Below, one piece after another: positions 63,754 to 64,000 of a stretch of DNA of 64,000 nt. A program made the translations under genes and the position numbers. The notes beneath the pieces are model-generated. The model saw nothing but the letters and a program-made list of their open reading frames with translations. It was not told the DNA's origin and ran no database searches. Every line of letters starts with the position of its first letter. Within the stretch, counting starts at the first letter, position 1. Source of the stretch: Bdellovibrionota bacterium FG-1 (lineage in GTDB: Bacteria > Bdellovibrionota > UBA1018); NCBI GenBank assembly GCA_051382295.1, contig JBBCAW010000038.1:1-64000 (forward strand), in the 5' to 3' direction.

Positions 63754-64000
63754 CTCTTCCCCCTGGTTAAGAATCCACGTTCGCGCGGAACACAGTCTTA
63801 TGAGCGGACGACAAAATCAAGGAGGGGAATGGAATTTATTACGAGGTGGGATAAGTGGGTGTTTTTACAGAAGCGTTGACGACGCGCAATGCGTAAAGTC
63901 ATGCATGACACAGGGTTGTTACCGACGCATTCATAAATTTTGAGAAACCACCGATACTGGATGAAGGAGACTTTAAGAATGCGAAACATTGTGTGGGTCA

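Noticed and set aside
63798..63989. 63-aa minus-strand ORF at the window end
   Set aside because: No motif; the frame is open to the window edge, so it may be a truncated gene or non-coding and cannot be called.

Overview
Bacterial chromosomal window, mostly housekeeping genes, with no integrase, transposase, phage module or CRISPR array visible. The gene content suggests a diderm of the Bdellovibrionota/former delta-proteobacterial group (inference from ftsH-cdaA-cdaR-glmM-pdxJ-nnr-tsaE synteny, a Flp pilin, many small beta-barrels and several secreted hydrolases). In order it holds: the 3' part of a divergent 5S rRNA; an LPS-core/purB operon; fadJ-like, lolC/E, lipase, a secreted caspase/CHAT-like protein and lon; an accessory block (about 17.4-31 kb); a CAT-anticodon tRNA, tilS, ftsH, cdaA, cdaR, glmM, pdxJ, nnr and tsaE; rrf2, cysteine desulfurase, mnmA-like and mtaB; a 5'-nucleotidase; rnc-era-der; yfgM/bamB-like genes; a Zn-hydrolase/SbcD/SbcC-like operon; a REP/MITE-like palindrome; a nitrilase; a MazE/MazF-type toxin-antitoxin pair; and a phospholipase D. 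The most notable feature is a compact multiheme cytochrome locus (18968-28237). It encodes an 11-heme periplasmic cytochrome, a ~420-aa predicted beta-barrel, a 7-heme cytochrome, a diheme lipoprotein, its own ResB/CcsA heme-attachment system and a 13-heme lipoprotein, plus a divergent monoheme protein (34 heme-binding motifs counted by eye, 4 non-canonical). This is the architecture of a porin-cytochrome extracellular electron-transfer conduit. All calls come from motif reading only; no database searches were run.
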